Shown here: positions 40,516-50,564 of the stretch, one piece after another
How the letters are laid out: each line of letters begins with the position of its first letter
Position numbering within the stretch: the first letter of the stretch is position 1
Origin: Octopus vulgaris
Taxonomy: Eukaryota
Direction: 5' to 3'
Length of the DNA stretch: 64,000 nt
NCBI GenBank assembly: GCA_951406725.2
Contig: OX597819.1
Location: 8,804,001-8,868,000, forward strand
Notes under the pieces: generated by a model
What the model was told of the DNA's origin: nothing
The model's input: only the letters and a program-made list of their open reading frames with translations
Database searches by the model: none
Position numbers and translations under genes: made by a program

Positions 40516-41448
40516 GATCATTAATATTGTTGCTGGAAAAAGTGGTTTCCGCCCGTTTATGGTGTAATGGAATAAAAAAAAACCTTAAATGGGGACGTGC
40601 TAAGTATGGAGTGGTATTTATGATGAGGAAGGAAATTTGATTTTAGAATATTGAAGAACAATTTAGGTAGAGGCCTAAAAGGTAAACTGAATGTTGGTTC
40701 AACCCATAGAGCTTCACTACAATTTTTTTTTTTTCGTATATATCCTCGGATATTTTAGGTGAGGAATATTATCCTAGAGAAGACAAGTCTTGAATTCCCC
40801 AAAACCATCAAGCATTAGGGTGATCGCAGCAAACTGGCTGGATTGTTATTATTGTATTATACGTAGATTCCCGGCAACGCGTTGTGTCCTTGAGCAACAC
40901 GCTTTATTTCACGTTGCTCCAATCCATTCAGCTGGCAAAAATGAGTTGTACTTATATTTGAAAGGGCCAGCCTTGACACATTCGGTGTCACACTGACACA
41001 GAATGTCGTTAGAGAAGGATGTACTCGACGGAAGGCTTTCTGAAAGTGGAATTGGAGGCAATCATTATTGCCAACCAGCCAAATGATTCACGTCGACGCC
41101 CAAACACTACCGGCGCATGCAGTCGCCCTCACTGCATACTTCGACGTCGTTGTTATTCTTCTTGTTGCTGCTTTTATCGGTGCTGCTGCAGTTATTGTTG
41201 TTGTTGTCGCTGCGGTCGTTGTTTGTCTTATCAAAAGTGTGTCATTACCATTATTGTTGCTGTTGTTGTCATGCAAGCTTCAAGTGGTATGAACAGATTT
41301 TCCATCTCCCGCGTTGTGTTTCTTGGAAACGACTAAATTACAAACAACCCTACTCCTCTCACTACCTCTCCTCTTCCTTCTACACGTACGCCTTCTTCCT
41401 TGCCAATTTGCTTTCTCTCTCCCTCCCTGTCTTTACCCCTCTGTCTCC

Positions 41449-41507
<59 letters not shown>

Positions 41508-41539
41508 CTTCTCTCTCACTCTTTTAAGACTTTTCTTTG

Positions 41540-41752
41540 CGAGCTGGCAGAAGCTTTAGCACGCCGGGCGAAATGCGTCTGCCTCTACGTTGTGAGTTCA
41601 AATTCCGCCGAGGTCGACTTTGCCTTTCATCCTTTCGGGGTCGATAAATTAAGTACCAGTTACTCACTGGGGTAGATGTAATCGACTTTATCCCTTTGTC
41701 TGTCCTTTTTTTGTCCCCTCTATGTTTAGCCCCTTGTGGGCAATAAAGAAAT
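41540..41752 (+). mobile_element. SINE family C
   Basis: gagctggcagaagc...tttagccccttgtgggcaataaagaaata. Confidence 0.85.
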
Positions 41753-42125
41753 ATCTTTAACTTCATTCTCATGTTTCTTACTCACCGCTCATCCTTCTCC
41801 TCTACCTACTTCACTTCTTCTCTGTTTCTTTCTCCCACAAACTCTCTACATCACTCTTTCCCTTTTCCCTTTCTTCCATTTCTAATATACTTCTCAGTTT
41901 ATAGATTTTAAACAACACTAGCCTTTTCTTCCACCAATTTTCTTTCCCAATTTTTACTCTCGCATAGCTTCTCGTCTTTTAACGTTCACCTTTTTTCTCT
42001 CTCTTTACCTACCTATGCATGTATGTATGTATGCATGTATGTATGGGGAGCTTTATGAAAATAGACAAAAGACAAAGGCAGGTTTACGGAAATAAACAAA
42101 AGACGAAGGCAGGTGGAATACAAAC

Positions 42126-42126
<1 letters not shown>

Positions 42127-42156
<30 letters not shown>

Positions 42157-42585
42157 TGTATGTATGCATGTATGTATGTATGTATGTATGTATGTATGTA
42201 TGTATGCATGTATGTATGTATGTGTATGTATGTATGTGTATGGATGTATGTATGTATGTATGTATGTATGCATGTATGCATGTATGCATGTATGTATGTA
42301 TGTGTATGGATGTATGTATGCATGTATGTATGCATGTATGTATGTATGCATGTATGTATGTATGTATGTATGTATGTATGCATGTATGTATGTATGTGTA
42401 TGTATGTATGTGTATGGATGTATGTATGCATGTATGTATGTATGTATGTATGCATGTATGTATGTAGGTAGGTAGGTGTGTATGCATGTATGTATGTATG
42501 TGTATGGATGTATGTATGAATGTAGGTATTCATGTATGTATGTATGTATGTATGTATGTGTGCGTGTATGTATGTATGTATATAT
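42127..42585. repeat. (TATG)n microsatellite with higher-order variants
   Basis: Direct inspection. Confidence 0.95.
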
Positions 42586-43254
42586 CTATCTATCTCTGTA
42601 CAAAGACATATCACCCATCTATGCATACACACATATTGTTCAAGTGACCTGAGTAAGTGAAAATTTATCTTGGGTTATTTTGTTGAACACACTACTTCAT
42701 TCTCGAGGGACAGTACATAAGGTAAACACTTCCCTTTTCTCTATACTTCACCAATCTGTTTGAGAAGATGTTGCACTGTGGACCAAGGTTTATTAAACCT
42801 CCGTGATAAATAAGCGACATTTTGACATCAATTCACTTTGATAGCCATTTTCCCTACTGTTTTTGATCGATACCTATCTAAACGATCGAATTCCACGATT
42901 ATGATTTGTTGAACTACCATTGGCAATACTGAACACTCACAGAATCAGGATATTGAGTACACATATTTTTCAACGCAAGCGTTATATTTTGGCCCTTAGA
43001 GGATTTGTAAAGCATGTAATGCGGAAAATGTAGCTGGCTACCGTCCTTGCAATCCATACGATATCAGATTGAGCATATACACACAGCGCCTGTCGACTTC
43101 ATCATCAACTCTAAAATAAATTATTGGCTTGTAAACTATTTGTTGTATGACGTCTTACTATTTACTTGAAAATACATGGCTTTTTACTGTCCCTATTATA
43201 TATATTCATCTGTTATCTTTTACTTGTTTCTGTTTAGACTATATTCTCTTTTTC

Positions 43255-43643
43255 TCTCTTTTTACTTGTTTCAGTCATTTGACTGCGGCCATGCTGGAGC
43301 ACCGCCTTTAGTCGAGCAACTCGACCCCGGGACTTATTCTTTGTAAGCCCAGTACTTATTCTATCGGTCTCTTTTTGCCGAACCGCTAAGTGACGGGGAC
43401 GTAAACACACCAGCATCGGTTGTCAAGCAATGCTAGGGGGACAAACACAGACACACAAACACACACACACACATACATATATACGACAGGCTTCTTTCAG
43501 TTTCCGTCTACCAAATCCACTCACAAGGCATTGGTCGGCTCGGGGCTATAGCAGGAGACATTTGCCCAAGATGCCACGCAGTGAGACTGAACCCGGAGCC
43601 ATGTGGTTGGTTAGCAAGCTACTTACCACACAGCCACTCCTGC

Positions 43644-43646
<3 letters not shown>
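43255..43646 (-). mobile_element. SINE family A
   Basis: Identity to other copies. Confidence 0.9.
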
Positions 43647-43714
<68 letters not shown>

Positions 43715-43719
43715 ATATG

Positions 43720-44008
43720 TAGTGATGCCTCGATATCCGAGTTAATTTGCTCTCGGAAACCGCTCGTAAAGCGAAAGCTCGTAAAGCGAAAACTCGTAAA
43801 GCAGAGAAAAAATTTACCCTAGTAGCAATGACATTTTATGCCGTCATTTTACTCAGTCGCTATGTAGACGCGTCGGAACCAACGTTGCCACATGTTGTGA
43901 CGTTGCCACACACAAGCTGGCTGGTCAACCTTTTATATTTATCATAAAATAAAACTCGCAAGCCCAGAGTCTCGTAAAGCTGCACCTCGTAAAGTGAGGT
44001 ATTACTGT
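43720..44008. mobile_element. Pogo/Tigger-like MITE
   Basis: Imperfect TIRs tagtgatgcctc / gaggtattactg and repeated ctcgtaaagc subterminal motifs at both ends. Confidence 0.6.
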
Positions 44009-44019
44009 GTGTGTGTGTG

Positions 44020-44388
44020 TGGAGACGAAACGGCCCAGTGGTTAGGGCAGCGGACTCGTGGTCGTAGGATTGTGGTTTCGATTTCCAGACCGGGCGTTGT
44101 GAGTATTTATTGACCAAAAACACCTAAAGCTCCACGAGGCTCCGACAGGGGGGGGGGGCGACCCTTGCTATACTCTTTCACCACAACTTTCTCTCACTCT
44201 TTCTTTATGTTTCTATGGTACCTGTATTTCAAAGGGCCAGCCTTGTCACGCTAAATCTCTCCGAGAACTACGTTAAGGGTATACATGTCTGTAGAGTGTT
44301 CAGCCGCTTGCACATTAATTTCACGAGCAGGCTGTTCAGTTGATTCGGATCAACCGGAACCCTCGTCGTCGTAACCGATAGAGTTCCA

Positions 44389-44390
<2 letters not shown>
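44020..44390 (+). mobile_element. SINE family B, diverged
   Basis: ggagacgaaacggcccagtggttagggcagcggactcg...gtaaccgatagagttccacg. Confidence 0.85.
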
Positions 44391-44417
<27 letters not shown>

Positions 44418-44419
<2 letters not shown>

Positions 44420-44830
44420 ACTAATATAGGATAAAATTTTTCGAAAAGAATTCTATCAATGGCCAACATATTAAGAAATACCTTTACGGTTAAATTAATA
44501 AACAACTTATAAACAAGGGAAAAAGAAAAAAATTCTAATGCCTAATATGCCGAAAATAGACTTAAATCGTCAATAACCATATAATTCATCACTATAGGCA
44601 CGCGTCTCGAAGTAAGCCGACAGAAATTTCAAAAAGATTCCGTTATTATCGTATCGGCCCCGATTTCAGAGTTAATTCATAAGAATTTTCTCCTCGTCAG
44701 CGATAAATACAGTAAGAAATAAAGGAAATACTTACTTATACCCATGGAAAAAGCAAGCACTCAGTCCTGTGTACACTTAAGTACCCTAAATATATACAAA
44801 ATAGAAATGTTTTGCCCTTGTTTATAAGTT
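44418..44830 (-). mobile_element. (TA)n-flanked HHR-containing element with a short inverted terminal segment; partial second copy 50729-50913
   Basis: 44810-44830 is the near-perfect reverse complement of 44504-44524; contains the HHR at 44646-44706. Confidence 0.7.
44646..44706 (-). ncRNA. Type-I hammerhead ribozyme (canonical core)
   Basis: ttatcg CTGACGA ggag-aa-aattc-ttat-gaatt-aa-ctct GAAA tcgg-gg-ccga TA cgataa; all three stems pair. Confidence 0.85.
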
Positions 44831-44879
44831 ATATATCTATATATGTACACTTTATTAATAAAGCTGCAAGGACATCACA

Positions 44880-44925
44880 AAAACTGTTGCTCAGAGTTTC
44901 ACGTTCCCGTTCGTCGGACAGTTTT
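44880..44925 (-). ncRNA. Hammerhead-like motif, left arm (degenerate)
   Basis: aaaactgt CCGACGA acg-ggaa-cgt GAAA ctc-t-gag CA acagtttt; U4C and U16.1C changes. Confidence 0.55.
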
Positions 44926-44968
44926 GACTGATTTGAACAGCATGTAATGCCGAAAATACAGCTTAACC

Positions 44969-45014
44969 AAAACTGCCCGACGAACGGGAACGTAAAGCTC
45001 TGAGTAACAGTTTT
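44969..45014 (+). ncRNA. Hammerhead-like motif, right arm (degenerate)
   Basis: aaaactgc CCGACGA acg-ggaa-cgt AAAG ctc-t-gag TA acagtttt; GAAA is mutated, TA site intact. Confidence 0.45.
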
Positions 45015-45104
45015 TGTGATGTCTTTGCAGCTTTATTACTAAGGCAATTTAGCCTACCTCCGGCATTTTTCCCACCTTGCTTCACATATATATGCTTATT
45101 CTGG

Positions 45105-45146
<42 letters not shown>

Positions 45147-45380
45147 GCAAAAACAATTAAGATTCAAGTGAATTCCAATGAATTCAAATGAATATGGTAC
45201 TTAACTTAGATGCACCAGAATGCATCTCTCTAGGATGTCTGGAAAACATATATGTGATTTAGCTGATGAATACTGGACATTTGTATTTGCTGCAATATTT
45301 GTAGCTTTAAATAAAATTGTTCTTAATATGACACAATTGTACTAAACTACTAATCCATTCTTGTTGCTTTTTTCTCTTGG

Positions 45381-45471
<91 letters not shown>

Positions 45472-45589
45472 GAAATAAGATGTCACTACTGTTGATATCA
45501 TCATATATACTGTAGCGGTAAGTATTCCCTTCTGTCAAGGAGGAGTCCGGGATACAATCTCCTGCCGAGAAGGCTCGCAATCTTAGGTG

Positions 45590-45980
45590 AATGCGTAGCT
45601 GTGTGGTTTGAAGCTTGCTTCCTAACCACAAGGCACACAATTCGGTCCCTCTGTGCAGCATCTGCACCTTGAACAAGTGTCTTCTGCTATAGCCATGCGC
45701 CGAGTGAATATTTGAGTGAATCTGGTGGATGGAAACTGAAAGATTGCAACGACAACCAGCTGGAGGAGGCTCTTCCTCAGGTGAAAAACGGTAGTAAAAC
45801 GAAATGCTTGTGTCTGTATTTGCGTTTTTCCTCCATCTACTGCTTGACAACTGATGTTGGATTGTTGATGCCCCTGTAAATAGCATAAAACGTAAGTACT
45901 GGGTTTAATTTATTCTTCAAGAGCAGCGCTCCATAATGGCCGCAGTCTAATAGCTAAAACAAGTAAAAGGTAAAAGTAAA
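45590..45980 (+). mobile_element. SINE family A, old/diverged
   Basis: gtagctgtgtggtttgaagcttgc...ccttgaacaagtgtcttctgctatagcc...aagtaaaaggtaaaag. Confidence 0.7.
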
Positions 45981-45982
45981 GC

Positions 45983-46017
<35 letters not shown>

Positions 46018-46113
46018 CGGGAAGCTTTATGAAAATAAACAAAAGACGAAGGCAGGTGGAGTGCAAAAAAACAATTGTATTAGTATGGCGCTCAGGAATA
46101 GAAATAAAACAAG

Positions 46114-46151
46114 TCTTTTACGTTTCGAGCCTACGCTCTTCAACAGAAAGA
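46114..46151 (-). ncRNA. Minimal hammerhead-like motif, second copy of 20228-20265
   Basis: Identical 38-nt motif. Confidence 0.55.
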
Positions 46152-46470
46152 TACACAGAAAAGAAACACGGAGAGAAACAAGGAGAGAAAAAAAATGCGT
46201 GCAGAAGCTAGCGATTCAACATGGCGATCTGATTCCGGCCAGAAGTCAGAGATCAGACGTGAGAGCGAAAGTTGGGGAGATAACAGGGTCAAATGACTTC
46301 GCCCCAACATAAGGGTGTGTGTATGTATGAGAGAGTATGTAGTGCGTATGAAAGGTCTGGACGTGTGTACGTATGTATGATGTGATGTGTAATGTCGTAT
46401 GGTGTAGTGTAGAGAGAGGAGATGATGGGTAGAGAGTGAGACATACATACATACATACATACTTCTATAC

Positions 46471-46501
<31 letters not shown>

Positions 46502-46736
46502 GACACACAAATACGCACATACATATATTTTGAAAGATAAATATAACGATTTACATATCTATTTACATATCTGTCAGTCTGTCAGTCTGCCTTTTCGCCC
46601 GTATGGCGTCTGTCTACAGGTCTATACTTTCCAGCGTCTGTTTTATGTCTGCGGACTCTTTCTTTCTATTTTCCTCACTCTTTCCTTCGAAACATTTTCA
46701 CGCCTCCTCCAAACTTCTTCCTTACACTTCTTTTGC

Positions 46737-46785
<49 letters not shown>

Positions 46786-46831
46786 CAAAGAAGTGTGCCT
46801 CCTCCAAACTTCTTCCTTACACTTCTTTTGC

Positions 46832-46899
<68 letters not shown>

Positions 46900-46901
46900 C
46901 A

Positions 46902-46935
<34 letters not shown>

Positions 46936-47440
46936 TTAATCTCATTTCATCATTTTAACTGGACTGAACGATAAGGCATCTTGCCAAATATCAATCTTAA
47001 TGGGTAACCTTTAGCATTCTTTTCTAAGAGAAGGAATATTTAAATACTAGGGTTTCTCTATATTCCATGGTATGATATGAGGGATTTGCTTCTGATGGAT
47101 GGTTTCCAAATTCCATTTGCACGAACAATATTTGCTCCTTTCACCATCTCTGGTCATCTTCTACTGTGGTGAAGTCAGCATCTATCATTTCAATGTGTGA
47201 AAAAAAAAATGCTTTCTCTCTCTATCTTCCATGATGCACATATTGGTTTCTAAATATTCTTCTTCTTTTACCAGATTATATTTTAAAGTTTACAACACCT
47301 TTTCTTCCATCATAACCACTACTAACACCACCATTTCTGCTATTACAAACAAAACCTCCAATGATGATGCTAATGAGGAGGAAGAGGAGGAGGCGAATGA
47401 GTAATAAGAGAAGGAAGATGAGGAAAAGGAAAAGGAAAAG

Positions 47441-47723
47441 TATCAGGTCATCCCATAGGTTCTGTCCGATTTTACCTTTTTAAAATTTGAATGAAATTTG
47501 ATAGTATTTTGGAATGTTTAAAGGAATTAAAAATTATTTTTATGCATTTGTGTACATTTAGGCGCAGGAGTGGCTGTGTGGTAAGTAGCTTGTTTACCAA
47601 CCACATGGTTCTGGGTTCAGTCCCACTGCGTGGCACCTTGGGCAAGTGTCTTCTACTATAGCCTCGGGCCGATCAATGCCTTGTGAGTGGATTTGGTAGA
47701 CGGAAACTGAAAGAAGCCCATCG

Positions 47724-47760
<37 letters not shown>

Positions 47761-48100
47761 GTGTGTGTGTGTCTATGTTTGTCCCCCTAGCATTGCTTGA
47801 CAACCGATGCTGGTGTGTTTATGTCCCCGTCACTTAGCGGTTCGGCAAAAGAGACCGATAGAATAAGTACTGGGCTTACAAAGAATAAGTCCCGGGATCG
47901 AGTTGCTCAATTAAAGGCGGTGCTCCAGCATAGCCGCAGTCAAATGACTGAAACAAGTAAAAGAGTAAAGAGTATTTCAACTAATTAAATATTATTTTAC
48001 AGAATGATAGAATTAAAATTTCTTTGATTAAAACCCTTTCTAACATGGAAGTATCCAAAGAACATTTGAGGCATATAGAAAAATCTGAAAATTCAGAAAA
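47441..48100 (+). mobile_element. Mariner-like 5' remnant interrupted by a SINE family A copy (47560-47972 +)
   Basis: TIR-like tatcaggtcatcccata; atggaagtatccaaagaacatttgaggcatata encodes MEVSKEHLRHI; the SINE itself is high confidence. Confidence 0.55.
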
Positions 48101-48251
48101 ATTGTAACACATGCGTAGTTCCGGGTTCAGTCCCACTGCTTAGCCCCTTGGGCAAGTGTCTTCTACTATAGCCTCGGGACCAATCAGAGCCTTGTGAGTG
48201 GATTGATGTTGGGAAGCAAGCTTCTTACTACACAGCCACGCCATGTATTAC

Positions 48252-48838
48252 ATGCTAGGCTACTGGTTTTAAATTGATTTAATTAAATCAATATTCAATT
48301 TATCACCCTCATTATTTAAATTTTAAATAATTATGTTCTCTAACCGGCAACATTAACTGCAGTGAATTATCTACTGCGGAACTGTTTCCGGGATTTAGCG
48401 CGCCAGAAAGTAGACATTTGAAAATAACCCCAATGTAATCAGTAGAACTATACAGACATCTAATTTTATGAGGACAACTCGTGTATAGTTCTATAAATTA
48501 TATTGAATTGGAACGATCGTACTGACGAGTCCACGGACGAGAATTACGTAAGTAAATATCGTTAATTGGCGAAATCTGTCTACGATTAATTCTGTATTTT
48601 GTATATTTTCATCTGTCTTACCCGCTTTTGTTCTGGTGTTTGCTGAATTTCTGTAGAGAACATTCTTTTCTTTGTAGTTAGATCGTAGATGATCTTCTTC
48701 TAGCATATTGGATGTCCAGTGAGTGGTCATCGCTTACTATACGCATGTATTTTTCTGGATTTTCAGATTTTTCTATATGCTAGGCTACTGGTTTTAAATT
48801 TTATGTTAATTAAATTAATATTCAATTTATCACCCTCA

Positions 48839-48845
<7 letters not shown>
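48252..48845 (+). mobile_element. HHR-containing element with ~67-nt terminal direct repeats (period ~525 nt), retrozyme/pLTR-like
   Basis: atgctaggctactggttttaaatt...tatcaccctcattattta at 48252-48318 and 48777-48845; followed by (TA)n. Confidence 0.75.
48516..48586 (+). ncRNA. Type-I hammerhead ribozyme with long stem II
   Basis: atcgta CTGACGA g(t)cca...acga-gaa-ttac-gtaa-gtaa-ata-tcgt...tggc GAAA tctg TC tacgat; stem I is 6 bp perfect. Confidence 0.75.
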
Positions 48846-48891
<46 letters not shown>

Positions 48892-48919
48892 AAGATAGAT
48901 ATGTGTGCATGTATGTATG

Positions 48920-48958
<39 letters not shown>

Positions 48959-49136
48959 TAATAAATATTAGGGAATAAATCCAAATTTACATGGAAAAAA
49001 TCAGATTTAGGATTAAATCCAATTTTATAGTAAAATATTATATAATATTAATTCGAGACAAAACCACTATTTTGCAAAACAAACAAGGAAAGACTTAATC
49101 AATACATAAAAATTTTTAATATAAAGAAATAAACCG

Positions 49137-49179
49137 CCACTACAATCGTTTCATGTTTTCAATGACATTCGTCAGGTGG
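49137..49179 (-). ncRNA. Minimal type-I hammerhead ribozyme, left arm
   Basis: ccac CTGACGA atgt-cattgaaa-acat GAAA cgattg TA gtgg. Confidence 0.8.
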
Positions 49180-49221
49180 ATTTTCGATCTCCTAATCTGT
49201 TTTAATTAGGAGATCGAAAAT

Positions 49222-49264
49222 CCACCTGACGAATGTCATTGAAGACATGAAACGATTGTAGTGG
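49222..49264 (+). ncRNA. Minimal type-I hammerhead ribozyme, right arm
   Basis: ccac CTGACGA atgtc-attgaa-gacat GAAA cgattg TA gtgg. Confidence 0.85.
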
Positions 49265-49363
49265 CGGTTTATTTCTTTATATTAAAAATTTTTATGTATT
49301 GATTAAGTCTTTCCTTGTTTGTTTTGCAAAATAGTGGTCCAATTAATATTATATTTAATATAA

Positions 49364-49421
<58 letters not shown>

Positions 49422-49453
49422 CATATATATATACACATATATACATACATATA

Positions 49454-49861
49454 TGCCGTAATCTCTTTTATAGAGACTTAGTAATTTTAATATTTCTATT
49501 ATTGAAAACAAGTGGATGTATTCCACTGAAACTAGGTAAATAGAAACCTTCGAACAGAGACGTCAGTGGCGACACCTGCGGGGTCTGACTGCGCTACATT
49601 GACAAGGGGCAATAACCCCGAAACGCGTCTGTAGCTGTCGGACTAGCAGTGTGAAGCGGCTTACCTCCCTTGTTCGAAGGTTATAATGGATACAGATCGT
49701 GTATCAATAGCTATCTTAAGGCGGTGGCCTCATGGAGCTGACCAGCGGCAGCGATTATTCTTATATCTATAAGAATGCCATATTAATATGGCGATAACAA
49801 TTAATTTCCAGTAAACGCTGCCGTAATCTCTTTTATAGAGACTTAGTAATTTTAATATTTC

Positions 49862-49867
<6 letters not shown>
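49454..49867 (+). mobile_element. Retrozyme-like element: 365-nt monomer plus 49-nt perfect terminal direct repeat, between (TA)n tracts
   Basis: tgccgtaatctcttttatagagacttagtaattttaatatttctattat at 49454-49502 and 49819-49867; central HHR. Confidence 0.8.
49593..49635 (+). ncRNA. Type-I hammerhead ribozyme, U3:A8 core variant
   Basis: gctaca TTGACAA gggg-caataa-cccc GAAA cgcg TC tgtagc; all stems perfect, palindromic ACGCGT stem III, GUC cleavage triplet. Confidence 0.85.
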
Positions 49868-49920
<53 letters not shown>

Positions 49921-49927
<7 letters not shown>

Positions 49928-50245
49928 CAAAATGGGACAAGAACGCAAAACATCCGGACAGCTAGGTGATACAAAAAGGGACAACAAAACATCCAGATAG
50001 ACAATACAAAGAAAACAAGGACGTGTCATTCGAAGTTTTCTTTCCTCAGTCAAGCACTAGATTATCCTGGCAATTTCCGCTGATTGTTCTTAAGATTGCT
50101 CAAATCTGGCCAGCCCCAAGGAAAAACTAAGCTAAGAGCGTTAGATTCCTTGGAAGAAAGCAGCGGATGTATACAAAAACAAGGACGGAAAAAAACGGAC
50201 AATGTTACACAAATATAAAAACAATAAAAAATACAATAAAAATAT
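49921..50245 (-). mobile_element. Unclassified (TA)n-flanked element, probably another PLE 3' end
   Basis: Same context as its neighbours; T-rich minus-strand tail; only a degenerate HHR-like trace. Confidence 0.4.
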
Positions 50246-50279
50246 GTATGTATATATATGTATTAATATGTATTTGTGT

Positions 50280-50505
50280 GTGTGTGCGTGTGTGTGTTTG
50301 TCCGCACTCCCTGCCATCACTTGACAACCGATGCTGATGTGTTTATATCCCTGTTATCTAGTGGTTCGGCAAAAGAGTCCGATAGAATAAGTACCAGGCT
50401 TACAAAGAATAAGTCTCGGGTTTGATTTCTTCGACTAAAACCCTTTAAGGTGGTGATCCAGCATTGTCACAGTCAAATGACTGAAACAAGTAAAAAGTAA
50501 AAGAA
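50280..50505 (+). mobile_element. SINE family A, 3' half
   Basis: cttgacaaccgatgctg...gactgaaacaagtaaaaag. Confidence 0.8.
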
Positions 50506-50516
50506 TGTGTGTGTGT

Positions 50517-50564
<48 letters not shown>

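Larger units (their letters stand above)
44852..45042. repeat. Fold-back element, ~75-nt arms (44852-44926 / 44968-45042), each containing an HHR-like motif
   Basis: aataaagctgcaaggacatcacaaaaactgttgctcagag mirrors ctctgagtaacagtttttgtgatgtctttgcagctttatt. Confidence 0.9.
49063..49338. repeat. Near-perfect palindrome, 134-nt arms (49063-49196 / 49205-49338), one HHR per arm
   Basis: Direct reverse-complement match with 8-nt spacer; element ~48955-49365 lies between (TA)n tracts. Confidence 0.95.

Noticed and set aside
45260-45310. CTGATGA followed by an atac/gtat hairpin in a TA-flanked segment
   Set aside because: No GAAA or stem III follows; at best a dead HHR relic
50055-50110. Minus-strand agat TTGAGCA...GAAA ttgccagga TA atct HHR-like trace
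   Set aside because: The core and stems II/III are too degenerate to call
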